A stretch of 64,000 nt of DNA, taken from the NCBI GenBank assembly GCA_012295275.1, contig CM022672.1, positions 9,672,001 through 9,736,000 of the forward strand. The letters are read 5' to 3'. Shown piece by piece: positions 1-15,723 of the stretch. This DNA comes from Chrysomallon squamiferum. Lineage: Eukaryota > Animalia > Mollusca. The notes below the pieces were generated by a model that saw only the letters and a list, made by a program, of their open reading frames with translations, did not search any database and was not told where the DNA came from. A program made the position numbers and the translations under genes. Numbering within the stretch: the stretch's first letter is position 1; every line of letters starts with the position of its first letter.

Positions 1-643
1 TAGAAGATGTTTGTTATAATGCCCTGATTTATAATTCTTTTAATTTTTTTTTTTTCAGTATTCTGTTAACAATTTCCAAAAAATGCTGTTTTTATCGACT
101 GGATTTCCACTTTAAATTATGACATTCTTGTCAGACGGCGCAAAAAAAAAAAAAAGAAAAAAAAAGAAGAAAATAGTGCGTTATTTATTTAGCGTGTTTT
201 CTTTGGTTGAAACAAAATTTTATAAAACATGTTCTAATTGATACAAACCCTCCAAGAAGAAAAACATTATTACGATTCGTTCACACAAATAAAATCAAAT
301 TTCTGACACAGAGAACGTCCCTTAAGAAATATTAAACGTTAATGTGGTGCGTAAAAGAAATTATTTTCTTGGAAAAGCTTCAAAAACAACAACAAAAAAT
401 CCTAGAATTGTTTTTACGCAGTAGCTCCAGATGGCTTCTTGCCATTTCTTTTATTTTGTATATACATATATGTTAGTATGTATGCATATATTATATGCGA
501 ATGGATAAACATATTCAGTTATATAGCTAAAAATAATTATACACATATAATTTTACTTGCAACAATATCATTAAATTAAATATTAAATTGAACAAAATGA
601 TCTTATTTCGTTTTGAAATTGCAATATTTATTACTAAAATTTG

Positions 644-677
<34 letters not shown>

Positions 678-693
678 AAATAACATTTTACCA

Positions 694-694
694 C

Positions 695-759
<65 letters not shown>
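694..759. repeat. (AAT)n microsatellite
   Basis: Perfect trinucleotide run; one of many in the window. Confidence 0.95.
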
Positions 760-760
<1 letters not shown>

Positions 761-878
761 CAGTTATCATCGTCATCATTATCAACTAGGTTCTTTATTA
801 ATTGCATCTTCAGTTTATTAATAATTTACTACTGAATAACTGATGGAAATTTACTACTTTCATCATCATTATTGACAC

Positions 879-923
<45 letters not shown>

Positions 924-3900
924 CCGAAGACAGTAAAAATTCCTATATTTTTTAACGTTCATTTTTCCTAATATCGGTTAAAATGTGTTGCGACATTAAT
1001 GTAAACATAGCTCGAAGGCAAAATTTTCTCGTTCGTGATTTGTCTTGATTTTTACATTCCAATTTAAGTGTCTTTTAAATAAAAATACATAAAATCTTAA
1101 ACAAAAAACAAAACCTAAGCGACGATAATGATAATGATGGTGATGACAGTGATGGTGATATTTAATTGGTATTTATAGATGCTTTTTGTTACTTCAGTCT
1201 AATCAGACTGGCGGATTTTTCAATGTTAGCTATTATTGCCTTGTTATTTTATTATTATTATTATTATTTTTATTTACTTTTTTTTTATTATTATTATTTT
1301 TGTTTTTTTGTTTTGGGTGAATTAATTTTTTGTTGTTTGTTTTTATTTTGCATTTCTTTTTTTTTTTTTGGTTGCAAATCCTGGCTTCAACATTTAATAA
1401 TCAGGTAGTCACGCCAAATTTCAGGTTAAAATATTATTTAAAACTTAGTTAAAATACAGAGGACTGCATTTCTTAATATCACACCGCGCGTTCATCATAT
1501 CGAATTCAATAAGGTTATGCAAAACAGATTCGCCAAAAGGCACATAATTGTATGCAAATGGTAATTTTACTAGTAAATATGCAATTAGGTACGAACATGA
1601 ACAAGTGTTAGAGCAGATGTATCTCACTGTTTATTAAACTTTGAAAACAACATCATTATTTATGAGAGATCATTTTAAAGAAAAAGTAAATGAAAATGAT
1701 TGTCATGTTCAGTCTGTTTTTTTTTTTTTTTGTTTTTTTAAATTTTATTGAATTTGTATGCGACACGAGAACAAAAAGAATCCAGTTGAGGTGAAGTTTT
1801 ATTCACGAATATTTTTAAAGGGAATTTCGAATAAATTTAAAATAAAAACATACGCAGAAATCCTGCACAGAAAGATGTCCCTTTGGACACAATTTTAATA
1901 AACGGAGGTCCCGACTGTAAATACAGTATAAATTAAAAATACTTCCCCGATAAGTAAGAAGCGTTTTTCAAAAAAAAAAAAAAAAAAAAAAAAAAGAAAA
2001 ACAAATGATTTGCTTCAGGCGGTGATGGTCATCTTGCTGCTAAATGTTATGTTGATTAAATATGCATATTTTAATTTAGGACTGAATAAAATGCGTCGGG
2101 GCTTGGCACGGATTTTAAAAAAGTAACGATGGGCGTTGTTGCACAGTTTTATTGCACATTTAATGTGATTATCACCCCGTGATATATTCTAAGTAAGGAT
2201 TAGTTATCAAGAGAATCAGTGCGATTATAAATACTTTTATTTATAGTTTTATTCTAAGCAAAGATCAGGATTGTCTTCAGGCTTCTGCCAAACTTTCATT
2301 TATTTATTACTTTTTGCTATAAATGTTTTTAAACATCCACTTATTTATTTTGTTATTTTATTTAAAATTGTACTCATTTTTAGTTCAGATGTGTGGAGTG
2401 GCACGCTGTTCGCCAAATTAGGAAAATGCAAGGGTGTGTGCATTCAACTCCGTAATCCTAAAAAAAAAAAAGACGTGATTTTGAAGATCAAAGTATATAG
2501 CATGTTGACATTATCATATATGTGATTAAATTACAGTGTTGGCACTTAGTTTCTTTTAATATTTTATTTTTAATGATTTGTTTTGTTCTGCTTAATTGGC
2601 GTATAGCGCAAAACCAAGTGAAAACAATGATCAAAATAAAATGTTTGCTTCTAGTATAATAAAGAAAGAGCCAATACTTAATTGTGTAATTATTTTTCAT
2701 GCTTTCACGTTTATACAGTGAATTAGTTAAAATACATCTAATACAGGAGTTTTTTTTTAGTTTTCTTAATAGTTCCATTGAAATGCTCTTATTAATTCAC
2801 TGTCATCGGTATTTCAATAGTCTGATAAAATTACCGTTAATATGACATTTGCACAGAAGTAAAATATGCATATACAACACATCTTAAGGATCCTGTTAGG
2901 AACAGGAAATAGACCAATAGCTGTAGCATACTGTGACTGAAACCAAAAACCTGTTAAAGAAAAAAAAGAAAAAAGCAAGAAACAACAGAAAATTTTGAAA
3001 TTATTTTCATGACTTACTTAATAATGCGGAAACAAATTGTACGCAGTAACATATTTATTGGCAAATTTCTTTTTTTAATTTTCAACATTAAAATTAGAAT
3101 GCTCATCACCATGTAAATTCAAAAATATCATTCATCATATATTTATGTTGCAGTAACAGGTTGATCTAACTGTACTCGCTGCCAAATGCTAAAACTAAGT
3201 CATAAAATCGCATGCTCGTGTGTTTTAACGATGATAAGTTTTGAAAGTATTTGGATATAGCTTGAGAATCTCTTCGCATCTACGGACACGCTCATCCAGC
3301 TGATCTATAATTCCAAAAATAATAATGAATGAACGCAAACCCATGAACACATGGACAACTATACTACAAAAACACCATAAAAAACCCCAAAAACCAAAAC
3401 AACAATAATTTAAAAAATAACGATAATAACACTGAACGTCATTGGTGAGCATTAAAATGGATAAAATAGTTCAAATGGTTAACTCTTTTGAAAATAACTT
3501 TCTCAAAGAAACAACTTAAACAAAAATTAATAATCCTTATGCAATGTAATCTTTTCTGACTAAAGATATTTTATGTCAATTTCATAATTTATTTAATAGA
3601 TTACGGAACAAATTTGAATCAGGAGGCAAATATTTTAAAATTGAACAGTTCTAGATTAAAACCACGACTTTATTTTACCAATCAACGTTCTCATCCCAAA
3701 CCAAGGCAAATTAACTGTAAAAGAAATCTTCATATTAGTGGTAAAAAACAACGAATTTGTATTTTCTACAGTATTTGTTGAATAGTACTTGTTGATTTGA
3801 TTTTTGCTGTACACATACATATAAGAATAATTCTAAAAGATTTTGAATGAAACTTCGTATGACAAAAATAAATTGTACATACTTGCATGTGAATTACTTT

Positions 3901-4765
3901 GTTTCTAGCGATAAGTCTTTGCTACAAATAATAAATTCCCTTTTATCGAAAAATCATTTCATATCTACAAATACTTAATAATAATAAAACTTTTGTTGCT
4001 AACCAGAAGTATTCATGATCGATCATCTGAACATATTATTACAAAATTCCTGTATAACCCCGAATCAATTGAATATTGTTTTTTCACTTTTCACAGTCCA
4101 AAAATAAATAAATAAATATGAAATCACTGAACAAAATATAATAACTTGTAGATTATGTGTTTGTTATTTTAATATTAGCCATTATGAGTTCTAATAACAA
4201 ATAAAACAACAACATCTGGAAATCCACAAAATTTATTTAGGTACTGTGTTCGTACCACATATTAAAACTTTCCATTCTGTTAATTTAGACCAAAATATGT
4301 ACATGTATTTCATCTGATGTTACAACAATAAATGATCGTTGGTTTCACGAATATTTCGAACTCACGTTTAGCTTTGCACTATGTAATATTTCGTATCGTT
4401 TAGTTTGCTTGCTGTAGTTTCGGACACTAACTATAAAGCAAAATAATGCATTTTTCTAAAAAAAAATATAAAAAAATGAGATAATAGAGAAGCAACCAGA
4501 AAATATTCTTGAAAGGTCACATTAGTATACACTTCACGCCCTTAACTGTTGCACAATTAATTTGTTATGCACAGCTTCATGTAAAATAAACTAGGAAATA
4601 TGCATAGGGGTCGAGCTAAATAAAAACCCTTTTATCCTGTGGCAGAGTTAAATTATTATCTTCAGTGCCCTAGAGATATTTTTACTATCTGAACTTCTTA
4701 TCATTCGAACTGTATACTCTGGGTTTTTTAACATGACTGGCTAATTATTATTCAGTTACTGGGAT

Positions 4766-4773
4766 TATAAAAG
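4766..4773 (+). promoter_or_regulatory. Putative TATA box (TATAAAAG)
   Basis: Consensus TATA about 55 nt upstream of a strong donor AAG|GTAGGT at 4826/4827. Confidence 0.55.
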
Positions 4774-4794
4774 CTCTTAAAGCTCGATTCGCCA

Positions 4795-4826
4795 CATCTT
4801 TGTTTTACTCGGCAGGTTAAAATAAG
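4795..4826 (+). other. Putative non-coding exon 1 (5' UTR); start approximate
   Basis: Lies ~30 nt after the TATA box and ends at AAG|gtaggt. The next acceptor (ttccag| at 5819) is 7 nt before the ATG. Confidence 0.5.
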
Positions 4827-4837
4827 GTAGGTGAATA

Positions 4838-4871
<34 letters not shown>

Positions 4872-5826
4872 TAATTTAGCATTCGGTAAATGACTATAAT
4901 ACTATTATCAAATTTAGCATATAGACTGTTGTTCAATTTAAAATATACAACTCTAATTTTAATATTATTTATAGTTATAATTTGCTTTGTTTCTTGGTTT
5001 GTTGGTTCGTTGTTAGTTTTATTTATTTATTTATGTTTGTATTATAATTTATTAAAATCTTCCTATTTTTTTCATTATCTATAAAGATAGATTACAATTC
5101 CGATTCAGTAACACAATCTATAATTCTGGTTAACTAATACTAGACAATCGAACTTGACTTTACTTGACGTTTTTGCTGTTACTTTTGTAAATAATGTACA
5201 TATGTATATAAAATATATTTTCGGTGTAATTTAGACCAGAAACCTAATGTTGGTAAAATTCTCATGGATTATAATTTTATCTAGATGATTCGTTATAGGA
5301 AAACATCGTACAATAGACTAAAATCGCAGTTTTCAACAACAGGATTTTTTCTTCTACTTCTTTATATATATATATATATGTTGTTTTCTGTTGTTATGAT
5401 TTTTTTAAATATTCTTCGAAACCTATCGTTGGGGTCATAGTTCTAAAGTCTATATTAAAGAGCGTAATGCGATTAATTAGTGCAACCGTATGTAAATATA
5501 TACCGCTCACAAAGATCTGGTTACAAGTAGATTCCAAATAAACAATCTAGGTCCAGCTAAACTCAAAACAGAACGCTTAATCATCTCGCTAATTTCTATA
5601 TTTTAGTGTCTCTACGATGGAACTTGTATTGAGGTTTTTTTGAAGGTTTTGTTTTCACTTTCCGATGAAGAGGCTAACAAAACAAAACGAAAACAAAACC
5701 AAAATGTTATGCCCTCTCTTAGGCTGACAATACATTTTGAGTAATAATAATAAACTGAACTGAAATAATTTAAAATGTGTGTCTGTGTATGTATGTATAT
5801 ATATATATATATGTTCCAGATTCAAG

Positions 5827-5881
5827 ATGTTGTTAGTATTGCTAGCATTCTTGAGTCTTGGCCTACCGGCTTGTTTCGCGG
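5827..5881 (+). CDS. Signal-peptide exon [18 protein letters not shown]
   Basis: AAGATG start, hydrophobic core, C-F-A cleavage-like end, G|gtaagt donor (phase 1). Confidence 0.9.
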
Positions 5882-5974
5882 GTAAGTTTATTTATCTGTA
5901 CTTCTTTCTTTTCTTCTGTATTTCTTTTGGTCTGTCTCTCTTAATAGTCGTAATAGTGGTAATATTAGCAATAC

Positions 5975-6009
<35 letters not shown>

Positions 6010-6902
6010 ATGGAGGTAGGTGGCGATGATAATAATAGTAATATTGTAGGAATTAACACAAGGCCAAATGCCAGAATGGTTTTTTTTTTTTTTTTTTTTT
6101 TTTATGTAAGACCTGTTTACAGATTAGAAACCAAAACTAATATTTTTCATGTTAATTTCTATAACTAATATTAGTTACACAAGTAACTGAAGTGTATTTA
6201 TGCTAGCTATCTAGTTTTCAAAAGAATACATTTTTGTTCTTCTTTTATGTTTTACACTTCTGAAGCGGTTATAAAAATAAATACAAATCGTTTAGCAAAA
6301 TAATTCGGTCTGGTTATAAAAACCATTAAATTTTAATTTCATAAGATTGACAGAAACTGTAATGGAGTAATAGTAACAGTGGCAGAAATAGCTGAAATAA
6401 CAGCAGCAGCAGCACAACTAGGAGTAATATTATTGTTAGAAGTTATTTTCTTACTGTACAGTAGATATATACTTAAGTAACCAATATTATTATTATTTTT
6501 TGTTTCTTTATTAGACTGTCCGTCTTATATTTTCTTGCAACCTACTGATCCATGTAAGTACTTCAAATATCAGGCAGGAATGGGTCACATTGAAATGACC
6601 TGTCCACCCGGCATGATTATGTGGCCAGACAACTGTGTCTGCATTGCAGGTAATTATTTATTTATTTGTTTGTTTGTTTGTTTTATAATTGTTGCTGTTT
6701 TTTCGGGGTAAAATTGTCGGGGAGGTAATTTTATAAAACATTTTTTTTAATGTTCAGTTTCTTTGGTTTATTCTCCGTTTATCTAGCAGAAATTATCAAA
6801 ACATATAATCCGGATTAATGTGTTTGGTATTTCGCGATAAAAATTAGATATGGTAATAAAAAAACAAAAACAATTGGACATTCTAATATCTGTGTGCATA
6901 TG

Positions 6903-6985
<83 letters not shown>

Positions 6986-7290
6986 CAAACATACTTTAGC
7001 ACTTGAAAAGACGGCGATTTAGCTTCTTTTTTTTCTTCACTGTTTTCCGAAATGAACAAAATGAACATTTGATTACAGATCCCTGTGCGAACATGGAAGA
7101 CGACAAGATGTGGAAGTCCTCACAGACGTACGTAAGCGGCAATCTGACCTGCTACGGTTATTACAAGTGTGCTGCTCATAAATCCTTGTACAGCTTCTGC
7201 TCCAGTGCCAGCAGCTTTGAAGACACTAAATGGCAATGTAAAAGAGATTCCACTTGCACATATTCAGGACTTCCTGAAATCCGTAAGAAG

Positions 7291-7382
<92 letters not shown>

Positions 7383-7548
7383 ACACAGTATTAAATTGTT
7401 TATAATTCCATTTTATTAATTTTATAAAAACGATTATCTTAATGACTACATAATTATAAGAATCACTGTTAAATATTGAAATAATTAAAAGCACAAACTA
7501 ATAATTTCTCAACGAAGAGCTAACATTCAGTAGAACAAGCAGCTTTTA

Positions 7549-7591
<43 letters not shown>

Positions 7592-8932
7592 TATTGAGCA
7601 ATAACAGATCAATAATTTTTAAAAATTATTTTAGATCTCTATGTTAAGTTTTATCGAGGACAAGGTCAAGAACAAGGTCAAGAAACATCACATTTTGGTA
7701 AGTAATAATTAAGAAATGAGGCTTATTATTTTTTTTAATTAATTTGTTGAATTAAATGTAAATTGTAATATATTAGTAACGAAAGGTTTCATTTATTCAT
7801 TTATTTCTTGTAGACAATCACCGTACATTTCACAATCACTGAAATACTGACATACACCATAAATATTTACTTTTAATCTTTATTACTGTTGTTTTTCTTG
7901 TTTATTTATTTGTTTAGAAATGGTAGATCCAATTATGCCAATAGTAACAAACTGAAATATTTAACTAATTAAGAAAATAAAAACATATAGAGTCGAGAAT
8001 GATTTAATATCTAAAACTGTGACGCCCTTTATCCCTTTCAGCTAATCAATGTACATGTATATATCATCCAAGTAGTTTAATTGTTGTTTCTAGTTTTTTA
8101 TTATTATTAGTAGTAGTAGTATTATTTTGTATTATTATTTTAAAATACTTATTTAAATTTTTGTTTCTGGTGTCGTTGCACCACAAAAAAAGCCAAAAAA
8201 CCCCACCCAAAAAACCAACAACAACAACAAAAAAAAAAACATTAATGATAATCCTAAATAACAAGAAAGAATACACATGAGCTACCAAGTTGTGTAATAA
8301 TTAATTATTATAACGTGGCAAGTGGGAAAAGGTTATTTTGACAATCATCACCGACGGCGATTACTTTTATAAAATAGAGAGAAAAACACAATGAAAAAAA
8401 AAATGTGTTCGACTTTTAAATTCGCACATATTTGTAGTATGAAATTTTCAGTTTTCATTTACACATTCAAGCAATCACAAAACGGAAGATTTATTTGCTG
8501 TAAAACATACGATAGCATTAGACCGAATTATATTGCTACAACAAAAACATATATTTACAAAATGATTCAAAACGTAAAACTATGATGACCTTTCTCACTT
8601 TCAGTTGATCCATGTAGAAGCTGCGGACAAAATGAAATATGTTCTGTTGACCAGGGTGAAAGAAAATGCGTTTGCCGTGACGGATTTTACAGAAACAGCC
8701 AATATGTATGCACAGGTAAGCATTTTACATGCACACTAATAACACTCGTATCTGTTTATGTTACTGCACCAAGGATAGAGTAATATGAACAGAAATAACT
8801 CTGTTCCATACAGCAGTAGTAATCGGTTAACAGACGTAGCAGCAACAGTAGTCATGCTTTTCGTGCTTTTTTTAATTGTAGTTTTGTTTGTTTTATTTTT
8901 GTTTTTTATTTATTAATTTATTTCTTTATTTC

Positions 8933-8972
<40 letters not shown>

Positions 8973-9774
8973 GATGTTATTATTATTATTATTATTATTA
9001 TGTATTATTATTTTCAAATAGTTATTTAAATTTTTGTTGCTAGTGTTGTTGTAGAACAAAAAAAAACAAAAAAAAACCAAACATTAATGATAATCCTAAA
9101 TAACAAGAATGAATATACATGAGCTACCAAGTTGTGTAATAATTAATTATTATAACGTGGCAAGTGGGAAAAGGTTATTTTGACAATCATCACCGACGGC
9201 GATTACTTTTATAAAATAGAGAGAAAAACACAATGAAAAAAAAAATGTGTTCGACTTTTAAATTCGCACATATTTGTAGTATGAAATTTTCAGTTTTCAT
9301 TTACACATTCAAGCAATCACAAAACGGAAGATTTATTTGCTGTAAAACATACGATAGCATTAGACCGAATTATATTGCTACAACAAAAACATATATTTAC
9401 AAAATGATTCAAAACGTAAAACTATGATGACCTTTCTCACTTTCAGTTGATCCATGTAGAAGCTGCGGACAAAATGAAATATGTTCTGTTGACCAGGGTG
9501 AAAGAAAATGCGTTTGCCGTGACGGATTTTACAGAAACAGCCAATATGTATGCACAGGTAAGCATTCTACATGCATACTAATAACACTCGTATCTGTTTA
9601 TGTTACTGCACCAAGGATAGAGTTATATGAACAGAAATAACTCTGTTCCATACAGCAGTAGTAATCGGTTAACAGACGTAGCAGCAACAGTAGTCATGCT
9701 TTTCGTGCTTTTTTTAATTGTAGTTTTGTTTGTTTTATTTTTGTTTTTTATTTATTAATTTATTTCTTTATTTC

Positions 9775-9814
<40 letters not shown>

Positions 9815-11468
9815 GATGTTATTATTATTATTATTATTATTATGTATTATTATTTTCAAATAGTTATTTAAATTTTTGTTGCTAGTGTTGCTGTAGAACA
9901 AAAAAAAAAAAAAAAAAAAAAAAACATTAATGATAATCCTAAATACCAAGAATGAATATACATGAGCTACCAAGTTGTGTAATAATTAATTATTATAACG
10001 TGGCAAGTGGGAAAAGGTTATTTTGACAATCATCACCGACGGCGATTACTTTTATAAAATAGAGACAAAAAGGCCATGAAAAAAAAAATGTGTTCGACTT
10101 TTAAATTCGCACATATATGTAAGTATGAAATTTTCAGTTTTCATTTACATATTCAAGCAATGACAAAACGGAAGATTTATTTGCAGCAAAACATACGATA
10201 GCATTAGACTGAATTATTTTGCTACACCAGAAACATATGTTTACTAGAATGATTCAAAACGTAAAACTGGGATGACCTTCCTCACTTTCAGTTGATCCAT
10301 GTAGAAACTGCGGACAAAATGAAAAATGTTCTGTTGACCAGGGTCAAAGAAAATGCGTTTGCCGTGACGGATTTTACAGAAACAGCCAATATGTATGCAC
10401 AGGTAAGCATTCTACATGCATACTAATAACACTCGTATCTGTTTATGTTACTGCACCAAGGATAGAGTTATATGAACAAAAACAACTCTGCTCCATACAG
10501 CAGTAGTAATCGGTTAACAGACCTAGCAGCAACAGTAGTGATGCTTTTCGTGTTTTTTTAATTGTAGTTTTGTTTGTTTTATTTTTGATTTTTATTTATT
10601 TATTTATTATTATTGTTATTATTATAATTATTATTGTTATTATTATTATTATTGTTATTATTATTATTATTATGTATTATTATTTTCAAATAGTTATTTA
10701 AATTTTTGTTGCTAGTGTTGTTGTAGAACAAAAAAAAAAAAAAAAAAAAAAACCAAACATTAATGATAATCCTAAATAACAAGAAAGAATACACATGAGC
10801 TACCAAGTTGTGTAATAATTAATTATTATAACGTGGCAAGTGGGAAAAGGTTATTTTGACAATCATCACCGACGGCGATTACTATTATAAAATAGAGAGA
10901 AAAAGGCCATGAAAAAAAAAAATGTGTTCGACTTTTAAATTCGCACATATATGTAAGTATGAAATTTTCAGTTTTCATTTACACATTCAAGCAATGACAA
11001 AACGGAAGATTTATTTGCTGTAAAACATACGATAGCATTAGACTGAATTATATTACTACAACAAAAACATATATTTACAAAATGATTCAAAACGTAAAAC
11101 TATGATGACCTTCCTCACTTTCAGATGATCCATGTAGAAACTGCGGACAAAATGAAAGATGTTCTGTTGACCAGGGTGAAAGAAAATGCGTTTGCCGTGA
11201 CGGATTTTACAGAAACAGCCAATATGTATGCACAGGTAAGCATTTTACATGCACACTAATAACACTCGTATCTGTTTATGTTACTGCACCAAGGATAGAG
11301 TTATATGAACAGAAATAACTCTGTTCCATACAGCAGTAGTAATCGGTTAACAGACGTAGTAGCAACAGTAGTGATGCTTTTCGTGCTTTTTTTAATTGTA
11401 GTTTTGTTTGTTTTATTTTTGTTTTTTATTTATTAATTTATTTCTTTATTTCTTTATTTCTTTATTTC

Positions 11469-11500
<32 letters not shown>

Positions 11501-14500
11501 GTTATTGATGTTATTATTATTATTATTATTATTATGTATTATTATTTTCAAATAGTTATTTAAATTTTTGTTGCTAGTGTTGTTGTAGAACAAAAAAAAA
11601 AAAAAAAAAAAACCAAACATTAATGATAATCCTAAATAACAAGAATGAATATACATGAGCTACCAAGTTGTGTAATAATTAATTAATATAACGTGGCAAG
11701 TGGGAAAAGGTTATTTTGACAATCATCACCGACGGCGATTACTTTTATAAAATAGAGAGAAAAAGGCCATGAAAAAAAAAATGTGTTCGACTTTTAAATT
11801 CGCACATATATGTAAGTATGAAATTTTCAGTTTTCATTTACATATTCAAGCAATGACAAAACGGAAGATTTATTTGCTGTAAAACATACGATAGCATTAG
11901 ACTGAATTATTTTGCTACACCAGAAACATATATTTACTAGAATGATTCAAAAAGTAAAACTGGGATGACCTTCCTCACTTTCAGTTGATCCATGTAGAAA
12001 CTGCGGACAAAATGAAAAATGTTCTGTTGACCAGGGTCAAAGAAAATGCGTTTGCCGTGACGGATTTTACAGAAACAGCCAATATGTATGCACAGGTAAG
12101 CATTCTACATGCACACTAATAACACTCGTATCTGTTTATGTTACTGCACCAAGGATAGAGTTATATGAACAAAAATACAACTCTGCTCCATACAGCAGTA
12201 GTAATCGGTTAACAGACGTAGCAGCAACAGTAGTCATGCTTTTCGTGTTTTTTTAATTGTAGTTTTGTTTCTTTTATTTTTGATTTTGATTTATTTATTT
12301 ATTTATTTATTTATTTATTATTATTATTATTATTATAATTATTATTGTTATTATTATTATTATTATTGTTATTATTATTATTATTATGTATTATTATTTT
12401 CAAATAGTTATTTAAATTTTTGTTGCTAGTGTTGTTGGAGAACAAAAAAAAAAAAAAAAAAAACCCAAACATTAATGATAATCCTAAATAACAAGAAAGA
12501 ATATACATGAGCTACCAAGTTGTGTAATAATTAATTATTATAACGTGGCAAGTGGGAAAAGGTTATTTTGACAATCATCACCGACGGCGATTACTATTAT
12601 AAACTAGAGAGAAAAAGGCCATGAAAAAAAAAATGTGTTCGACTTTTAAATTCGCACATATTTGTAAGTATGAAATTTTCAGTTTTCATTTACACATTCA
12701 AGCAATGACAAAACGGAAGATTTATTTGCTGTAAAACATACGATAGCATTAGACTGAATTATATTACTACAACAAAAACATATATTTACAAAATGATTCA
12801 AAACGTAAAACTATGATGACCTTCCTCACTTTCAGATGATCCATGTAGAAACTGCGGACAAAATGAAAGATGTTCTGTTGACCAGGGTGAAAGAAAATGC
12901 GTTTGCCGTGACGGATTTTACAGAAACAGCCAATATGTATGCACAGGTAAGCATTTTACATGCACACTAATAACACTCGTATCTGTTTATGTTACTGCAC
13001 CAAGGATAGAGTTATATGAACAGAAATAACTCTGTTCCATACAGCAGTAGTAATCGGTTAACAGACGTAGCAGCAACAGTAGTCATGCTTTTCGTGTTTT
13101 TTTAATTGTAGTTTTGTTTCTTTTATTTTTGATTTTGATTTATTTATTTATTTATTTATTTATTTATTATTATTATTATTATTATAATTATTATTGTTAT
13201 TATTATTATTATTATTGTTATTATTATTATTATTATGTATTATTATTTTCAAATAGTTATTTAAATTTTTGTTGCTAGTGTTGTTGGAGAACAAAAAAAA
13301 AATAAAAAAACCCAAACATTAATGATAATCCTAAATAACAAGAAAGAATATACATGAGCTACCAAGTTGTGTAATAATTAATTATTATAACGTGGCAAGT
13401 GGGAAAAGGTTATTTTGACAATCATCACCGACGGCGATTACTTTTATAAAATAGAGAGAAAAAGGCCATGAAAAAAAAAAAAAATGTGTTCGACTTTTAA
13501 ATTCGCACATATATGTAAGTATGAAATTTTCAGTTTTCATTTACATATTCAAGCAATGACAAAACGGAAGATTTATTTGCTGTAAAACATACGATAGCAT
13601 TAGACTGAATTATTTTGCTACACCAGAAACATATATTTACTAGAATGATTCAAAACGTAAAACTGGGATGACCTTCCTCACTTTCAGTTGATCCATGTAG
13701 AAACTGCGGACAAAATGAAAAATGTTCTGTTGACCAGGGTCAAAGAAAATGCGTTTGCCGTGACGGATTTTACAGAAACAGCCAATATGTATGCACAGGT
13801 AAGCATTCTACATGCATATTAATAACACTCGTATCTGTTTATGTTACTGCACCAAGGATAGAGTTATATGAACAAAAACAACTCTGCTCCATACAGCAGT
13901 AGTAATCGGTTAACAGACGTAGCAGCAACAGTAGTGATGCTTTTCGTGTTTTTTTAATTGTAGTTTTGTTTCTTTTATTTTTGATTTTGATTTATTTATT
14001 TATTTATTTATTATTATTATTATTATTATAATTATTATTGTTATTATTATTATTATTATTGTTATTATTATTATTATTATTATGTATTATTATTTTCAAA
14101 TAGTTATTTAAATTTTTGTTGCTAGTGTTGTTGTAGAACAAAAAAAAAAAAAAAAACCCAAACATTAATGATAATCCTAAATAACAAGAAAGAATATACA
14201 TGAGCTACCAAGTTGTGTAATAATTAATTATTATAACGTGGCAAGTGGGAAAAGGTTATTTTGACAATCATCACCGACGGCGATTACTATTATAAAATAG
14301 AGAGAAAAAGGCCATCAAAAAAAAAATGTGTTCGACTTTTAAATTCGCACATATTTGTAAGTATGAAATTTTCAGTTTTCATTTACACATTCAAGCAATG
14401 ACAAAACGGAAGATTTATTTGCTGTAAAACATACGATAGCATTAGACTGAATTATATTACTACAACAAAAACATATATTTACAAAATGATTCAAAACGTA

Positions 14501-15686
14501 AAACTATGATGACCTTCCTCACTTTCAGATGATCCATGTAGAAACTGCGGACAAAATGAAAGATGTTCTGTTGACCAGGGTGAAAGAAAATGCGTTTGCC
14601 GTGACGGATTTTACAGAAACAGCCAATACGTATGCACAGGTAAGCATTTTACATGCACACTAATAACACTCGTATCTGTTTATGTTACTGCACCAAGGAT
14701 AGAGTTATATGAACAGAAATAACTCTGTTCCATACAGCAGTAGTAATCGGTTAACAGACGTAGCAGCAACAGTAGTGATGCTTTTCGTGTTTTTTTAATT
14801 GTAGTTTTGTTTGTTTTATTTTTGATTTTTATTTATTTATTTATTATTATTGTTATTATTATAATTATTATTGTTATTATTATTATTATTATTGTTATTA
14901 TTATTATTATTATGTATTATTATTTTCAAATAGTTATTTAAATTTTTGTTGCTAGTGTTGTTGTAGAACAAAAAAAAAAAAAAAAAAAAAAACATTAATG
15001 ATAATCCTAAATAACAAGAAAGAATACACATGAGCTACCAAGTTGTGTAATAATTAATTATTATAACGTGGCAAGTGGGAAAAGGTTATTTTGACAATCA
15101 TCACCGACGGCGATTACTATTATAAAATAGAGAGAAAAAGGCCATGAAAAGAAAAATGTGTTCGACTTTTAAATTCGCACATATTTGTAAGTATGAAATT
15201 TTCAGTTTTCATTTACACATTCAAGCAATGACAAAACGGAAGATTTATTTGCTGTAAAACATACGATAGCATTAGACTGAATTATATTACTACAACAAAA
15301 ACATATATTTACAAAATGATTCAAAACGTAAAACTATGATGACCTTCCTCACTTTCAGATGATCCATGTAGAAACTGCGGACAAAATGAAAGATGTTCTG
15401 TTGACCAGGGTGAAAGAAAATGCGTTTGCCGTGACGGATTTTACAGAAACAGCCAATATGTATGCACAGGTAAGCATTTTACATGCACACTAATAACACT
15501 CGTATCTGTTTATGTTACTGCACCAAGGATAGAGTTATATGAACAGAAATAACTCTGTTCCATACAGCAGTAGTAATCGGTTAACAGACGTAGTAGCAAC
15601 AGTAGTGATGCTTTTCGTGCTTTTTTTAATTGTAGTTTTGTTTGTTTTATTTTTGTTTTTTATTTATTAATTTATTTCTTTATTTC

Positions 15687-15723
<37 letters not shown>

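Noticed and set aside
7814-7943. Possible tiny exons at 7814-7822 (9 nt) and 7918-7943
   Set aside because: The first has a poor donor (gtacat) and the second is not frame-preserving; neither is supportable without RNA data.
8391-9427. Repeated 64-aa [14 protein letters not shown]...
   Set aside because: It lies in the array intron and is frameshifted in other units by a 1-nt indel (gtagtatg vs gtaagtatg).
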